63,740 nt of DNA, filler included, from Octopus bimaculoides (GCF_001194135.2; 6 parts of 6 records of this genome joined end to end with filler, not necessarily neighbours in it); one strand, 5' to 3'. Counted from the first letter of the whole stretch, positions 22,675-36,310 are shown. Numbers and translations: made by a program. Notes: a model not told the origin generated them from the letters alone.

Positions 22675-23229
22675 TATGTGATCACCTGACTGACCAGGCT
22701 ATCAGATGTTGTTACACATTGCTGGTCACAATGCACTTTTGCATTGTTTTAGCCTTCGAATGATGCTACCTCACTAGCTAGGAGAGCAGGCTGACATTCT
22801 CTCCGCTGATTGAAAGGGAGGACAGGAGCAAATGTGAAATTGAGTGTTTTGCTCAAGAATACAATGTGCCGCCCACTTAGAGAATCAAACCCATGATCTA
22901 GCAATTGCAAGTGCAACAGCCTAACCACTTGGCCACACACCTTCGCACACACCTTCACACACAGAGAATAGAATAAGGATTCAGATAGAATCAGGTACTT
23001 GAAAAGATATGCACCAGTTAGGGTTGGATACACTTGTGGTTCCAACCTATGGTTGATAAGTATCAAATAAGATATTCTGCTTGTGTACACAGAGAAAACC
23101 ACTCCTATGAGTATTTAGCCCCTAGGGGCTGGTCCAAAGCATGCGTTACATTGAATTGTATGTTGTTGGTATACTCTAGGGAGTCTGACGAGTTGTAAAT
23201 CTCCTGGGTGTATTATAATCAAATGAGTT

Positions 23230-23584
23230 TTAGGATTTTCGAGCGAGATCGTTGCTGGTTCCCCTGGACTGGCTCATGTGCAGTCGACGCATGAAATTTT
23301 TCGAGTGAGATGGTTGCCAGTGCCCCTGGACTGGCTCTTGTGCGGGGCCGATGTAGGATTTTCGAGCGAGATCATTGCTGGTTCCCCTGGACTGGCTCAC
23401 GTGCGGGTGACACATGAAATCTTTCGAGCGAGATCATTGCCGGTGCCCCTGGACTGGCTCTTGTGCGGGTGACACAGGCAATTTTTCGAGCGAGACCGTT
23501 GCCAGTGCCCCTGGACTGGCTCTTGTGTGGGTGACACAAGAAATTTTTCGAGCGAGACCATTGCCAGTGCCCCTGGACTGGCTC
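23230..23584 (+). repeat. 62-bp tandem array (6 units visible) derived from the SINE-like family D body
   Basis: The TCGAG anchor occurs at 23239, 23301, 23362, 23424, 23486 and 23548. The array runs into an N gap. Confidence 0.92.
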
Positions 23585-24258
23585 NNNNNNNNNNNNNNNN
23601 NNNNNNNNNNNNNNNNNNNNNNNNNNNNNNNNNNNNNNNNNNNNNNNNNNNNNNNNNNNNNNNNNNNNNNNNNNNNNNNNNNNNNNNNNNNNNNNNNNNN
23701 NNNNNNNNNNNNNNNNNNNNNNNNNNNNNNNNNNNNNNNNNNNNNNNNNNNNNNNNNNNNNNNNNNNNNNNNNNNNNNNNNNNNNNNNNNNNNNNNNNNN
23801 NNNNNNNNNNNNNNNNNNNNNNNNNNNNNNNNNNNNNNNNNNNNNNNNNNNNNNNNNNNNNNNNNNNNNNNNNNNNNNNNNNNNNNNNNNNNNNNNNNNN
23901 NNNNNNNNNNNNNNNNNNNNNNNNNNNNNNNNNNNNNNNNNNNNNNNNNNNNNNNNNNNNNNNNNNNNNNNNNNNNNNNNNNNNNNNNNNNNNNNNNNNN
24001 NNNNNNNNNNNNNNNNNNNNNNNNNNNNNNNNNNNNNNNNNNNNNNNNNNNNNNNNNNNNNNNNNNNNNNNNNNNNNNNNNNNNNNNNNNNNNNNNNNNN
24101 NNNNNNNNNNNNNNNNNNNNNNNNNNNNNNNNNNNNNNNNNNNNNNNNNNNNNNNNNNNNNNNNNNNNNNNNNNNNNNNNNNNNNNNNNNNNNNNNNNNN
24201 NNNNNNNNNNNNNNNNNNNNNNNNNNNNNNNNNNNNNNNNNNNNNNNNNNNNNNNNNN

Positions 24259-24547
24259 CGGGCGACACACGAAATCTTTTTTTTTTTATTTGTGTGCGGG
24301 TGGCACATGAAATGCACCATTTTGAGCGTGGCCATTGCCAGTACCGCCTGACTGGCCTTCATGCGGGTGACACGTAAAAACACTCACTACACTCTCTGAG
24401 TGGTTGGCGTTAGGAAGGGCATCCAGCTGTAGAAACTCTGCCAAATCAGATTGGAGCCTGGTGTAGCCATCTGGTTTCACCATTCCTCAGTCAAATCGTC
24501 CAACCCATGCTAGCATGGAAAGCGGACGTTAAACGACGACGACGACG
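24259..24547 (+). mobile_element. SINE-like family D 3' part with (GAC)n tail
   Basis: Matches 10981-11280 and probably terminates the array that begins at 23230. Confidence 0.85.
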
Positions 24548-25223
24548 AATAATAATAGATGATGGATAATTGCCTGCTCATTGCAGCTGTTTCTTATACA
24601 TGTATTTAATAGAAGAATGAGAACGTTACTCCATTACAAAAAACCATAATCATCAGATGAAACGTAATTTTACAAGCAAAAGAATATCCCAAGAATACAG
24701 CATGGATGTTTCATCTGACAGACTTCAGCCACGTCCCTACAACTGAGTGAACTGGAGCAACATGAAATAAAGTGTCTTGCTCAAGAACACAAGACACAGC
24801 TCGATCTGGGAATCAAACTCACAACCTCATGTTGGTAAGTCCAACATTCAAACCATTGAGCCATGGATGGTAGTAAAGAGAATCACAGAAGGAGCAGCTT
24901 TGCGGGGGCAGTAATAGAGGGAACAGAGGAGAAGGGAAGGAAACAGTAATGTCAAGGATTAGCATGAAAACAGAGAACAAAACAGTAATGTTGATGTGGT
25001 GAATTGAGTAAGTGAACCCAGTGATGGAGTGGATCAGTCTGTTTGCCAGGTTCATCACTGAGAGAGGGTGATAGAGGAGAGGCTAACAAAGACATTGCTC
25101 AGGAAGGGTTAATAGGAAGGAAATGGGAAAAGTAATATTAGGATTTTAGTGGGAGAGAGTTGTAGAGTGATAAGGTAACAGGTAGGGTTGAGTTGGAGGA
25201 GATGCAGATCTATCCCACATTAT

Positions 25224-25610
25224 GTTGTTGTTGGCACTCTGTCGCTTACGACGTCAAAGGTTCCAGTTGATACGATCAACGGAACAGCCTGCTCGTGAAA
25301 TTAACGTGCAAGTGGCTGAGCACTCCACTGACATGTGTATCCATAACGTAGTTCTCGGGGATATTCAGCGTGACACAGTGTAACAAGGCTGACCCTTTGA
25401 ATTACAGGCACAACAGAAACAGGAAGTAAGAGTGAGAGAAAGTTGTGGTGGAAGAGTACAGCAGGGTTCGCCACCATCCCCTGCCAGAGCCTCGTGGAGC
25501 TTTAGGTGTTTTCGCTCAATAAACACTCACAACGCCCGGTCTGGGAATTGAAACCGTGATCCTATGACCACGAGTTCGCTGCCCTAATCACTGGGTCATT
25601 GTGCCTCCAC
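25224..25610 (-). mobile_element. tRNA-derived SINE family C, near full length
   Basis: Reverse complement of 45879-46260, with a (CAA)n tail. Confidence 0.9.
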
Positions 25611-26806
25611 TCATCCTACATTATACATGGCTGGGTAAAGTGGTGCATGAAGGAAAGATAAGCTAAAAGTTAGTAATAGAAGGGAAAGGGCAAGTTGTCA
25701 TCATCATTTATCATTGCTGATGTTTGCTCTCCATGCTGGCATGAGTTTGACAGGGAGCTGGCTAGCAGGAAGCTGTCTGGACTTGAACTGTCTGTTGTGG
25801 CATGGTCTCTATGGCTGGATGCCCTTCCTAATGCCAACCGCTTAACAGCGTGCTGGGTGCTTTTTATGTGTCACTGTCATGAGTGCATTTACACGGCACC
25901 GACATGAGTGCATTAATGGGTGCTTTTTAAGTGGCACTGGTATAGAAGATTAGTGGGAGGTAATCAGAAAATAAGAGTTGTGGGGTGCATTGAGAAGGAG
26001 GAGATTTAGTATTCCTCTACATTATATATAAATGGGTAGAGTGATGCTTGAATGGAGATATAGAATGATGACGAGTCAGATTGTATCCTCAGGATAACAT
26101 ATCTAAGAAGGTATTGTGACAAAACAATCAAGAGGTATGTGCAAAGGTTATCAGAGCACAATCACTCCCCCACTGAATCATTATAATTCAAGAGGATAGA
26201 GAAAGGAGGGGCTTGCAGGATATAGATAGTGGAGATTAGGATATATCAAATATCACGAATGGATAATTTTTAATGTGCATTAGAAGAAAACTTTGTGTTT
26301 CTTACCTGAGCTATGAAACTTTGATAAGTTGTAGATAAATGCTAACGGATGTATTTGATTACACTTGGGGACACGTCACCAAATGCATTTGTTAGCATTT
26401 GTCTACAGTTTTTCAGCATCATACAAACATGCACACACACATGCACACACACGCAAGCAAGTATACATGGACACCCAGATATGCACCAAGCTAGAGTTGT
26501 CCCTCTTGCCGATTATGCCTAAAGCAACCTCTCCACTACTGCCAGTCTTTCACCATGCAGTGACAGTTGGATACTCATGCTTTTGTATTTCTTAAAATTT
26601 TCCTTCCTCATTCTTTTCTTTCTGTTTCTATCCTATCTTTCATAAGAAGAGTTATATTACACAAAATCTTTAAAATATTTCCTATTTTGCTCCCACTTCC
26701 TGAATGTCAAACTAATACCAACAATATGCTTTTTTTTTTTTACCTCATCTTTGAATTGTATTCATCCCCTTTGTGCGTGCTTGGGCATGCACACACACAC
26801 ACTCAC

Positions 26807-26867
<61 letters not shown>

Positions 26868-27855
26868 ACACACACACACACACATTCACACATGCACAAG
26901 CATATATATTTACGTAATTTTTCCAGTTCTGTTAGAGATATCCTGTTATCCATTGGCATTGCTGCTATGTCTATCAATAGGCATTGTTTTGTTCAATGGC
27001 CTTTGATAATAATATCGGGATGGTTTTTCTTTTATTTTCCTGTCAATGAGAGCTTGTATATACTAGGATATTGATATGTGGACACTTTCTGAAACTTCTA
27101 CGGGTTTGTATTTATATAACCTGTATTTTGTAAGGGTTTTACGATACCGATAGGATTTTCAATATATTTCATCTTTCATTTTGGTCTTACATGTGCACAG
27201 ACACACACATACACACACATGCACACACACACACACACATACCCACACACACACACATACCCACACACACACACATTCTCTCTCTCTCTTACACACACAC
27301 ATAAATGCATGTGCGTGCACACACATATGCATGCGCACAGATACACATACACATATGTATGCGCACACACCACTTGTTCAAAACTACATATTTAACACCA
27401 AACCCTCCACAACTACTTTTCAATTCTGTCGTATGAGTCCAAATGTATTCCTGCTTTGGGTGGAGGTTCTCCCTCTGCAGTTTAGAACTCTGAGATTCTG
27501 AGACAAAGTTGAATTCCTTCCTAATGCACAACATTTAGGTTTTGTAAGGCACTAGTAATGTGAGAAACATTTCTTGCCATTAATTTAGTACATTATTGGA
27601 ATTTTTATTTCAGTTTTGTTTCCAAACGCATTACCTTGTTGTCTTCTTGTAGCTTCTTCTCTTCATTAATGTCTGTAACCTCAGCTGATGTTTTATTCCT
27701 TTTGGCTTCCTTGAAGACGGAAAAAGAGCTTCTTTTGTTTGTGTTTGTCAAATATTTCTATTAGCTTGCCTTTATTTCCAATTATGTATTTTTTTTTAAT
27801 CCTAGACTTTTATGATATTCAACAGCATCGATGGTAATATTGTTGTCATAGCTAT

Positions 27856-27889
<34 letters not shown>

Positions 27890-29332
27890 GATTTCTTTTT
27901 TTAATATTCTATCACTGTTATTATTATCATTAGCAATATTATTTTCATTATCATTTCAAGAGGACACAAGTGCAATATTTTAAATGAAATAATTTTGATT
28001 TTTATTTATTCATTTTCAACGAGTATTCTGTAGAAGTTTGTGAAGAAGTAATTGATTTATTTCTAGTGAATTCTTGTATGTTTTGTGTTTATTTCTGAGG
28101 TATTTCCAAGTTAATGGTTTGTCTGTGATTTCTGAATGCTTTCAAGTTCTTTTGAAACATTGGTTTCTATTCAGTTTTGGAAAGGATTAAACTTTTGCTG
28201 ATAATTATACATATTTCCTTGGGTTCTTCCTGTTTGCTTGTTATGTAATAGAAGCCGTGAAAGATTTTTAATGTAACATATGCTTGATTAGCTATAATTT
28301 AAGGGTTTATGCTTAGAAGTAAGTACTTGTACATGCACATATTTGTATGTATATATAAATATATTATTTTTATTGTTTACTCATTTCGTTTGTACGAGAT
28401 TAAGAGCTGTTTGCTTATAAAGTAATGAGGCTCTTTTATTGGAATTTCTGCACTGTTAAGCATCTGTGTTCATGCTTATATGCATGTTCACTTAATTATA
28501 TGTATTACCTGTAGGTTTAAATGGATAAATTTTCAAATACCCTACAGTAATTCTTTCTATTGATTGAACTTTTACTTTCATTTTCTTATTTCCATTTGCA
28601 TATTACAACATTACAGCCAGTGATTATAACAAAGTAGTAAATATTTTCATTATGTTCATGTCCAAATTGCAGATTAACTCTGAAGCCTCAAGAAACCCAG
28701 ATGCTGGAAACAGCCCTGGATCTGCAATGGTATTAGAAGATTCAAAAGTTTTAAGCATACTGACGTACATCAATTAATAGCTGTCCAATTCATCCTGACC
28801 CCAAACACTGTTGTTTCTTCTTCTTATTATATCGTGTCTTTATCAAATCTTTCTACCTTATATATGCAATCTCATGTAATCTTGCTGTTATTTCACAAAT
28901 CATTTAATCAATCATAGGAATCTGGTAATGAGCAAAAATAATATTTCAACAGAAATATTAATTTGCTCAACATGTGACTCATCATTTGGACCGTTTCATA
29001 AGCACAGAAATATGATTGCACATTGTCAGTGCTTTGCTGTGGTGTCTCTGATTTGATCAAATCTTACCTGTTACCTGTCAGAAATTTTCTCTGGATTATA
29101 CAGGTATGGTTATTCATTTGAGATGTTTGCTTCCTATGTGTCTGTGTTTGTGTTTCCTCATCTTGGCATCACACAACAGACATGCATGAGCACCACTGTC
29201 ATGCAAGTGGTGTCCCTAGGATGATGATGGTTTTCATCTCAGTGATACAAAATAAAATACAGAAATTTATATAGCAAAGAACTAAAGGTCTTGTGTGTCA
29301 GCATTGCAGTGCATGTATGGTTTCTGAGAGAG

Positions 29333-29499
29333 GTGCAGGCATGGCTTTGTGGTTAAGAAGTTTGCTTCCCAACCATATGATTTGGGGTTCAGTCCCACTG
29401 CATGACACCTTGGGCAAGTGTCTTCTACAATAGACACAGGTTGAGCAAAGCCTTGTCACTAGTAGTGATAGATGGAAGCTGAAAAATGCTCACTTTATA

Positions 29500-29579
<80 letters not shown>

Positions 29580-29760
29580 GATACATATATAAGGCGCAGG
29601 AGTGGCTGTGTGGTAAGTAGCTTGCTTACCAACAACATGGTTCTGGGTTCAGTCCCACTGCATGGCACCTTGGGCAAGTGTCTTCTTCTATAGCCTCGGG
29701 CTGACCAAAGCCTTGTGAGTGGATTTGGTAGACGGAAACTGAAAGAAGCCTGTCGTATAT
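29333..29760 (+). mobile_element. Two tandem SINE family A heads (about 29333-29485 and 29594-29760)
   Basis: GGCGCAGGAGTGGCTGTGTGGTAAG...GGGTTCAGTCCCACTGCATGGCACCTTGGGCAAG. Confidence 0.85.
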
Positions 29761-30118
29761 ATGTGTATATATATNNNNNNNNNNNNNNNNNNNNNNNNNN
29801 NNNNNNNNNNNNNNNNNNNNNNNNNNNNNNNNNNNNNNNNNNNNNNNNNNNNNNNNNNNNNNNNNNNNNNNNNNNNNNNNNNNNNNNNNNNNNNNNNNNN
29901 NNNNNNNNNNNNNNNNNNNNNNNNNNNNNNNNNNNNNNNNNNNNNNNNNNNNNNNNNNNNNNNNNNNNNNNNNNNNNNNNNNNNNNNNNNNNNNNNNNNN
30001 NNNNNNNNNNNNNNNNNNNNNNNNNNNNNNNNNNNNNNNNNNNNNNNNNNNNNNNNNNNNNNNNNNNNNNNNNNNNNNNNNNNNNNNNNNNNNNNNNNNN
30101 NNNNNNNNNNNNNNNNNN

Positions 30119-30171
<53 letters not shown>

Positions 30172-30249
30172 GATATATATATATATATGTACACACCCAT
30201 ATGCATAAATATTTGTATGTGTGTATGCATATATCAAAGGACAAAATAT

Positions 30250-31025
30250 AAGCACAACAACAGTTCTTTTTTTAACTGGTGTAAACATGTACTTACACAC
30301 ACACACATTCAAGCACACAAGCACAAATGCACATATACTCACATACACATATTTGCATGCACAAGCACACACACATACACAGAAACACATTCAGATATAC
30401 ACACATGTATATGCACAGACACAGGTATGCTAACATATCCACCCAGACACATGAAAAGAGACACACATGTACATACACACATGCAAGCATACATACATAC
30501 AAGCACACACACACACACACACATGCAGGCATACACAAATATGCACACATACAAAAGCACATATAAGCATGCACACTCACAATCACACACACACAAACAC
30601 ACAGAGGTACGCAGAACACACACCAGCATTCACACACAAGCATGCACACGCACACACACGCACACACACACAGAGGCATGCAGAACGCACACCAGCACAT
30701 ACAAGCATGCACACACACAAGTACATACACACAAGCATGCACACACGCACTCACATATACACACAGAGGCATGCAGAGCACACACCAGCATTCACACAGA
30801 TACACGTGCATGCACACACACAAGCACATACACACAAGCATGCACACACCCAAGCCCGTACACACAATCTTGCATACACAAGTACATACACACAAGCATG
30901 CATACACAAGTACATACACACAAGCATGCATACGCACACACACAGTGGCATGTAGAACACACACTGGCATTCACACACATACATCTGCATGCATACACAC
31001 AAGCATGCACACACACACACACACA
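30250..31025. repeat. AC-rich cryptic minisatellite
   Basis: ACACAG(A/T)GGCATG(C/T)AGAACACACACCAGCATTCACAC-like motif at about 30598, 30666, 30760 and 30938, plus many CAAGCATGCAC motifs. Confidence 0.75.
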
Positions 31026-31714
31026 AACAAATCCACTGGGCTTCTGCTTAGCATCTGTTTACCAAAATTCGCTCACAAGTTACTAATGAACCCAAGGCTA
31101 CAAGTACAGAACATGTTCCTAAAGTACTGCACAGTGGGACCAAATTTAGAACCATGCAGTTTCAATGTGAACTTCTTTACCTCACAGCTTGCCATTACCT
31201 ATCCCCCACTCCCACTTTTTAGCACTCCATGCATTAAATCTCTGTCAACACTTATGTATATACTGTTTATCATGCTGATAACATCTCTAAATTATGTAAT
31301 CTCCGAACAGTTCTATTTTCATCTTCTAATAAATATTGATCTTGTATATTTACTTTGTTATTTATTCATGACGACTATGATGAGCATAGCCAATCCTATG
31401 TGTCACTGAATATGTCAAAATAATCTTAAAACATGTCTTAGCTTGTCTCCCTTGTTTGCCAGAAAAATAACATTAAAATTATATTGGTTATTTTGATTAC
31501 CATTTGACTTCCTTGCTCATCTTCCCCTATGGTCATCACTGAAAAAGTATGATGTCAAATACCAGTGGCCAAGTGGTCGAAATGGTGTTCCTCCAAAGGT
31601 TTTCTGGAGTAATGTAACATTACATAACAGGGGACATAGGCAAGAGATTAAGAAGTCTCTCCAGGTCAAGATGCTACTTCTCTGCATTGAGAAGTTGTGG
31701 CTTTAATACTACGG

Positions 31715-31920
31715 ACATCATCATCATCATCATCATCATCATTTAACATCCGCTTTCCATGCTGGCATAGGCAGTTTGACTTGGATTGGCCAACTGGGAG
31801 CCGTCCATGACACCAACTGTCTGTTGTGGCATGGTTTCTACCGCTGGATACCCTTCCTAATGCCAACCACTTAACAGAGTGTGCTGGGTGCTTTTTACAT
31901 GCCACCTGCATGGGTGCATT
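31715..31920 (-). mobile_element. SINE-like family D, degenerate
   Basis: (CAT)n-TTTAACATCCGCTTTCCATGCTGGCAT...GGATACCCTTCCTAATGCCAACCAC. Confidence 0.7.
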
Positions 31921-33441
31921 TAAATACATTTTAAAAGATTGTTTTCATGGTCAATACAAGATAGAACAAAGAAATTCATGTAGTAAAGAACTTAGAGCCT
32001 TGTGTGCTAGCGTTACAATGTGAGAATGGTTTCTGAGAAAGGTGCAGGCATGGCTGTGAGGTTAAGAAGTTTATCTCTAAACCAAATGATTTCAGGTTCA
32101 GTACCACTGCATGACCCTCTTGGGCAAGTGTCTTCTACTGTAGCTCTGAGTCAGTCAAAGCTTTGTGAGAAGATTTGTGGGACAAACTGAAAAGAGCACA
32201 TCGTGTATCTGTGTGTGTGTATGCATGGTGACATTGAGTAATAACTGTAAACAAGGATCACCATCATACAAGCAGTGATGTTCAGTTCCAAACTTCTGTG
32301 AAAACATGTCTGGCTACGGTGAAATATTACCTTGTTTGGAAAGAAGTTAGGGTTGGTGATGGAAGAGGCATCTGAGAGTAGAAAATCTACCTCAGTGAAT
32401 TCCATCTGATCCATGCAAGCATAAAGAAGCAGATGTTAAACTGATGATGATTATGATGAGGATGATGATAATGTTGTTGTCTTTTGCTATATTAGCCCTG
32501 ATCAAAGACTTTCTGGAAATGATCATTCTGTATTTTTACCTTATCTAACACGTCTTTTCATTTTTGACACAGTAAGATGTTATTTTAAAGAAGCTCTGAT
32601 TTCTATTTCTAGTTGGTCCACAAATGACCACAAAGTAGCTATGTTACTCCTTCAGAAGAGCTATACGTCTATTCGATCTGCTAGTGTATATTCATTCCTG
32701 TACGTTCTTTATTCTTCCCAATTTAATGACACTCCTGAGAGACTGACACTCCAGAACTGTTTATTGCAAACCCCTAAGCTGTTCTCACATACTGCCCCAA
32801 TTCTTTTATCACTGCATCAACACTCCATTCTTGAAACTTCTTGGTTTGTTTTACTTTATGCAGATGATGTCTATTATAACACAACATACAGCAGTTTCTT
32901 TTGAATTGTACGGCAATTCAGCTTTTCTTTCTTTGATGTTCTTTCATAACGATTTTCATTTCACTCAAAAACTTTAAACTTTTCTTTTAAGAGCTGTTTG
33001 GGAAATGCAGCAGTTTTAATACATATCAGTTTTTATTCCATGCCAACACTCTGCACCATAAAAAGTACTGATGTATTATTGATAGCAAAATATGAATTAT
33101 ATTTTGATATATATTGATTTTGATTTCCATCTGTTGCTTAGTTGTCTAAAGACATTTCTTGCTTTTGAAAATCTGGTTGTTATGTCAACATTCATTATTA
33201 TATCTATGCTCATCACACCACCCAGGTAAATAAATAATTCTGTCCTGTTTATATTACATTTTCAATTTGTAGCTCTCACAGGAGTAATTAGAATTTTTCT
33301 TGTTATCGTATTTGTCATTTCTTCCAATCCACTAATAGTTTTGAAGCCAATCTGACTTGAATATTTTACCAACTTGTCTTTTATGGAACTCTTATTGTTG
33401 TTTTGATAACAGAAAACCTAGATTGTCTGAAAAAAAAAAAA

Positions 33442-33481
<40 letters not shown>

Positions 33482-33580
33482 TTGTTTTCTTTTATGATTA
33501 CATTACTCTGCAATAAGAAGAAGATAAAGTCCTGTTAGATACAAGCTGTTATTTTAAATCAAGCTACAATTTTGCCACAG

Positions 33581-33748
33581 TATCACAGTCTGTAAAAGTA
33601 CTTGTAGTAAAATATCATTATATTTAATGCTGTGGAAGTCACTTACTAGAGTGACTTTAAGACCGAAACTTTTAGAATACAATAACCAACTGATAAGAAT
33701 ATCTGGAGCATTTTTGCAACTCACTAACTTTGATAACACTAATGCTTG
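33581..33748 (+). CDS. Candidate symmetric (phase 2-2) exon
   Basis: Acceptor TTTTGCCACAG, donor TG|GTAATA, and 168 nt open: ITVCKSTCSKISLYLMLWKSLTRVTLRPKLLEYNNQLIRISGAFLQLTNFDNTNA. No homolog recognised. Confidence 0.3.
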
Positions 33749-33774
33749 GTAATATGTGACTGTAAGGTGGCAAG

Positions 33775-33985
33775 CTGGAAGAATTGTTAGCATCCTGGAC
33801 AAAAGGCTTAGCAGCATTTCATTTATCTTTATGCTCTAAGTTCAAATGCTGCTGAAGTCATCTTTGCTTTACATCCTTTCAGGAGTCGATAAAATAAGTA
33901 CCAGTTGAGCACAGGGGTTGATGTAATTGACTAGACACCCCCCTCCTTCACACTTGCTGGCTTTGTGCCAAAATTTGAAACCAGT
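33775..33985 (+). mobile_element. SINE family B
   Basis: AAGTTCAAAT B box and CATCCTTTCAGGAGTCGATAAAATAAGTACCAGTT body. Confidence 0.7.
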
Positions 33986-35029
33986 ATCATCTGTGACTGT
34001 AAGGGCTGGTTTCTGCTGTAATTTAATTGGGAAATTTATAAGCCATCAGAATATTGATGACTTCTTGGTTATCTGTGTTCATTAAGATGACTTTTCATTG
34101 GATTTTACTGGAATAAAATCCCTCTATGTCAATATTACAATAATCAGTCGACTTACTATTGTATGCTCTGTGAAGAAGTTACTACTCACACATATTCTCA
34201 GAGTAAATCTTAAACTATACCCTTATGTGAAATTAATTCATATGTGCTGTAGTGTTACATGTATGTATGTGTTTGTATGTATGACATAACTGGACAATGA
34301 AGACATTTACAGAAAAAAATGAAAAAGCAGCACAAACAGATGTGTACAAGTCTGATCCCAGCATCAGTTGTCAATCGGAAATCATCACAATTTCAGCACT
34401 TAAGAAGATAATGTTGTTAATTCCAATAAGGCCTGCGATTCATTAGAAGTGCAATGATATAGACGAGTGTGAAAAAATGAAAAACAATGGAGACTAGGAA
34501 AAATGAGATAATGGGGTTGGTAATTGAAAAAAACATGAAATAAAATGAACATTGAATACAAAAAGTCTTTTGATCAGAACAATAATTATAAGAAAAGTTA
34601 TGAGGACAAGAAAGGTACTAAACAAATTGGATGGAGGAATATAAACATATATAGTCTTATGTCTTAATGACAAAGTACAGAAAAGTTACAAAACGAAATT
34701 AACGAGGAAATAACGTATATGGTCTTTTGATGTAGACGATAATTAAAGGATGGTTATTCAAGTAACAGAAGAAAGTAAAGCCTTGCAGCATTAAAATGTA
34801 AACCAACAGAGATGTAGGCATTTAAACTGAAAGAACTGCCTTCTGGGGGTTGATTCATTTGACTAAAACCCTTCAAGGAGGTACCCCCAACATGGAACAA
34901 TCTAATGATTGAAACAAGATTAAGAATTCATTAGTGCAGTACATTAAAAATACTCAAATTATACATATGTCTTTTATTGTTACCTTTTAGTTAACTTTTA
35001 GTTAAATGAATCAAACTTCCTTTTATAAA

Positions 35030-35290
35030 CCTGGTGCTTATTCTATCGGTCCATTTGCTGAACTGCTAAGTTATGGGCTTGTAAACAGACAAGCACCAGT
35101 TGTCAAGTAGTGTCGGAGGGAAAAACACAGATACAAAGACACACACACACAACAGGCTTCTTTCAGTTTCTGTTTACCAAACCCACTCACAAGGCTTTGG
35201 TCAGTCAAAAGCTATAGTAGAACACACTTACCCAGGGTGCCATCAGCAGGACTTATCTCAGAACCATGTAGTTGGGAAAAAACTTGCCAC
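35030..35290 (-). mobile_element. SINE family A, degenerate
   Basis: Reverse complement matches both the head and the 3' segment of 54775-55180. Confidence 0.7.
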
Positions 35291-35300
35291 ACACCCACAC

Positions 35301-35340
<40 letters not shown>

Positions 35341-36005
35341 NNNNNNNNNNNNNNNNNNNNNNNNNNNNNNNNNNNNNNNNNNNNNNNNNNNNNNNNNNNN
35401 NNNNNNNNNNNNNNNNNNNNNNNNNNNNNNNNNNNNNNNNNNNNNNNNNNNNNNNNNNNNNNNNNNNNNNNNNNNNNNNNNNNNNNNNNNNNNNNNNNNN
35501 NNNNNNNNNNNNNNNNNNNNNNNNNNNNNNNNNNNNNNNNNNNNNNNNNNNNNNNNNNNNNNNNNNNNNNNNNNNNNNNNNNNNNNNNNNNNNNNNNNNN
35601 NNNNNNNNNNNNNNNNNNNNNNNNNNNNNNNNNNNNNNNNNNNNNNNNNNNNNNNNNNNNNNNNNNNNNNNNNNNNNNNNNNNNNNNNNNNNNNNNNNNN
35701 NNNNNNNNNNNNNNNNNNNNNNNNNNNNNNNNNNNNNNNNNNNNNNNNNNNNNNNNNNNNNNNNNNNNNNNNNNNNNNNNNNNNNNNNNNNNNNNNNNNN
35801 NNNNNNNNNNNNNNNNNNNNNNNNNNNNNNNNNNNNNNNNNNNNNNNNNNNNNNNNNNNNNNNNNNNNNNNNNNNNNNNNNNNNNNNNNNNNNNNNNNNN
35901 NNNNNNNNNNNNNNNNNNNNNNNNNNNNNNNNNNNNNNNNNNNNNNNNNNNNNNNNNNNNNNNNNNNNNNNNNNNNNNNNNNNNNNNNNNNNNNNNNNNN
36001 NNNNN

Positions 36006-36310
36006 GTTGCCAGTTCCGCTGGACTGGCTCCCATGCAGGTGGCACGTAAAAAACACCATTTTGAGCATGGCCGTTGCCAGTACCATGTGACTGGCCCTCA
36101 TGCCGGTGGCATGTAAAAGCACCCACTACACTCTTGGAGTGGTTGGCTTTAGGAAGGGCATCCAGCTGTAGAAACTCTGCCAGATCAGATTGGAGCCTGG
36201 TGCTGCCTTCTGGCTTGCCAGTCCTCAGTCAAATCGTCCAACCTATGCTAGCATGAAAAGTGGACGTTAAACGATGATGATAATGATGATGATGATAATG
36301 ATGATGATAT
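36006..36310 (+). mobile_element. SINE-like family D
   Basis: Colinear with 10981-11280, with a (GAT)n tail. Confidence 0.85.

Noticed and set aside
23178-23230. CTGACGA with a 7-bp stem resembling another hammerhead
   Set aside because: The GAAA core reads CAAA, and stem III/I are lost under the adjacent array. Too degenerate to call.
23230-23584. CRISPR-like appearance of the 62-bp array (and of the 22-bp array at 38245-38340)
   Set aside because: The units are contiguous with no unique spacers, derive from SINE bodies, and lie in a eukaryotic context with no cas genes.
27635-27757. Minus-strand K/E-rich frame ending at AAG|GTAATG, considered as an upstream exon of the 811-aa gene
   Set aside because: The acceptor is poor, and it lies on a different assembly piece across the 10881 spacer.
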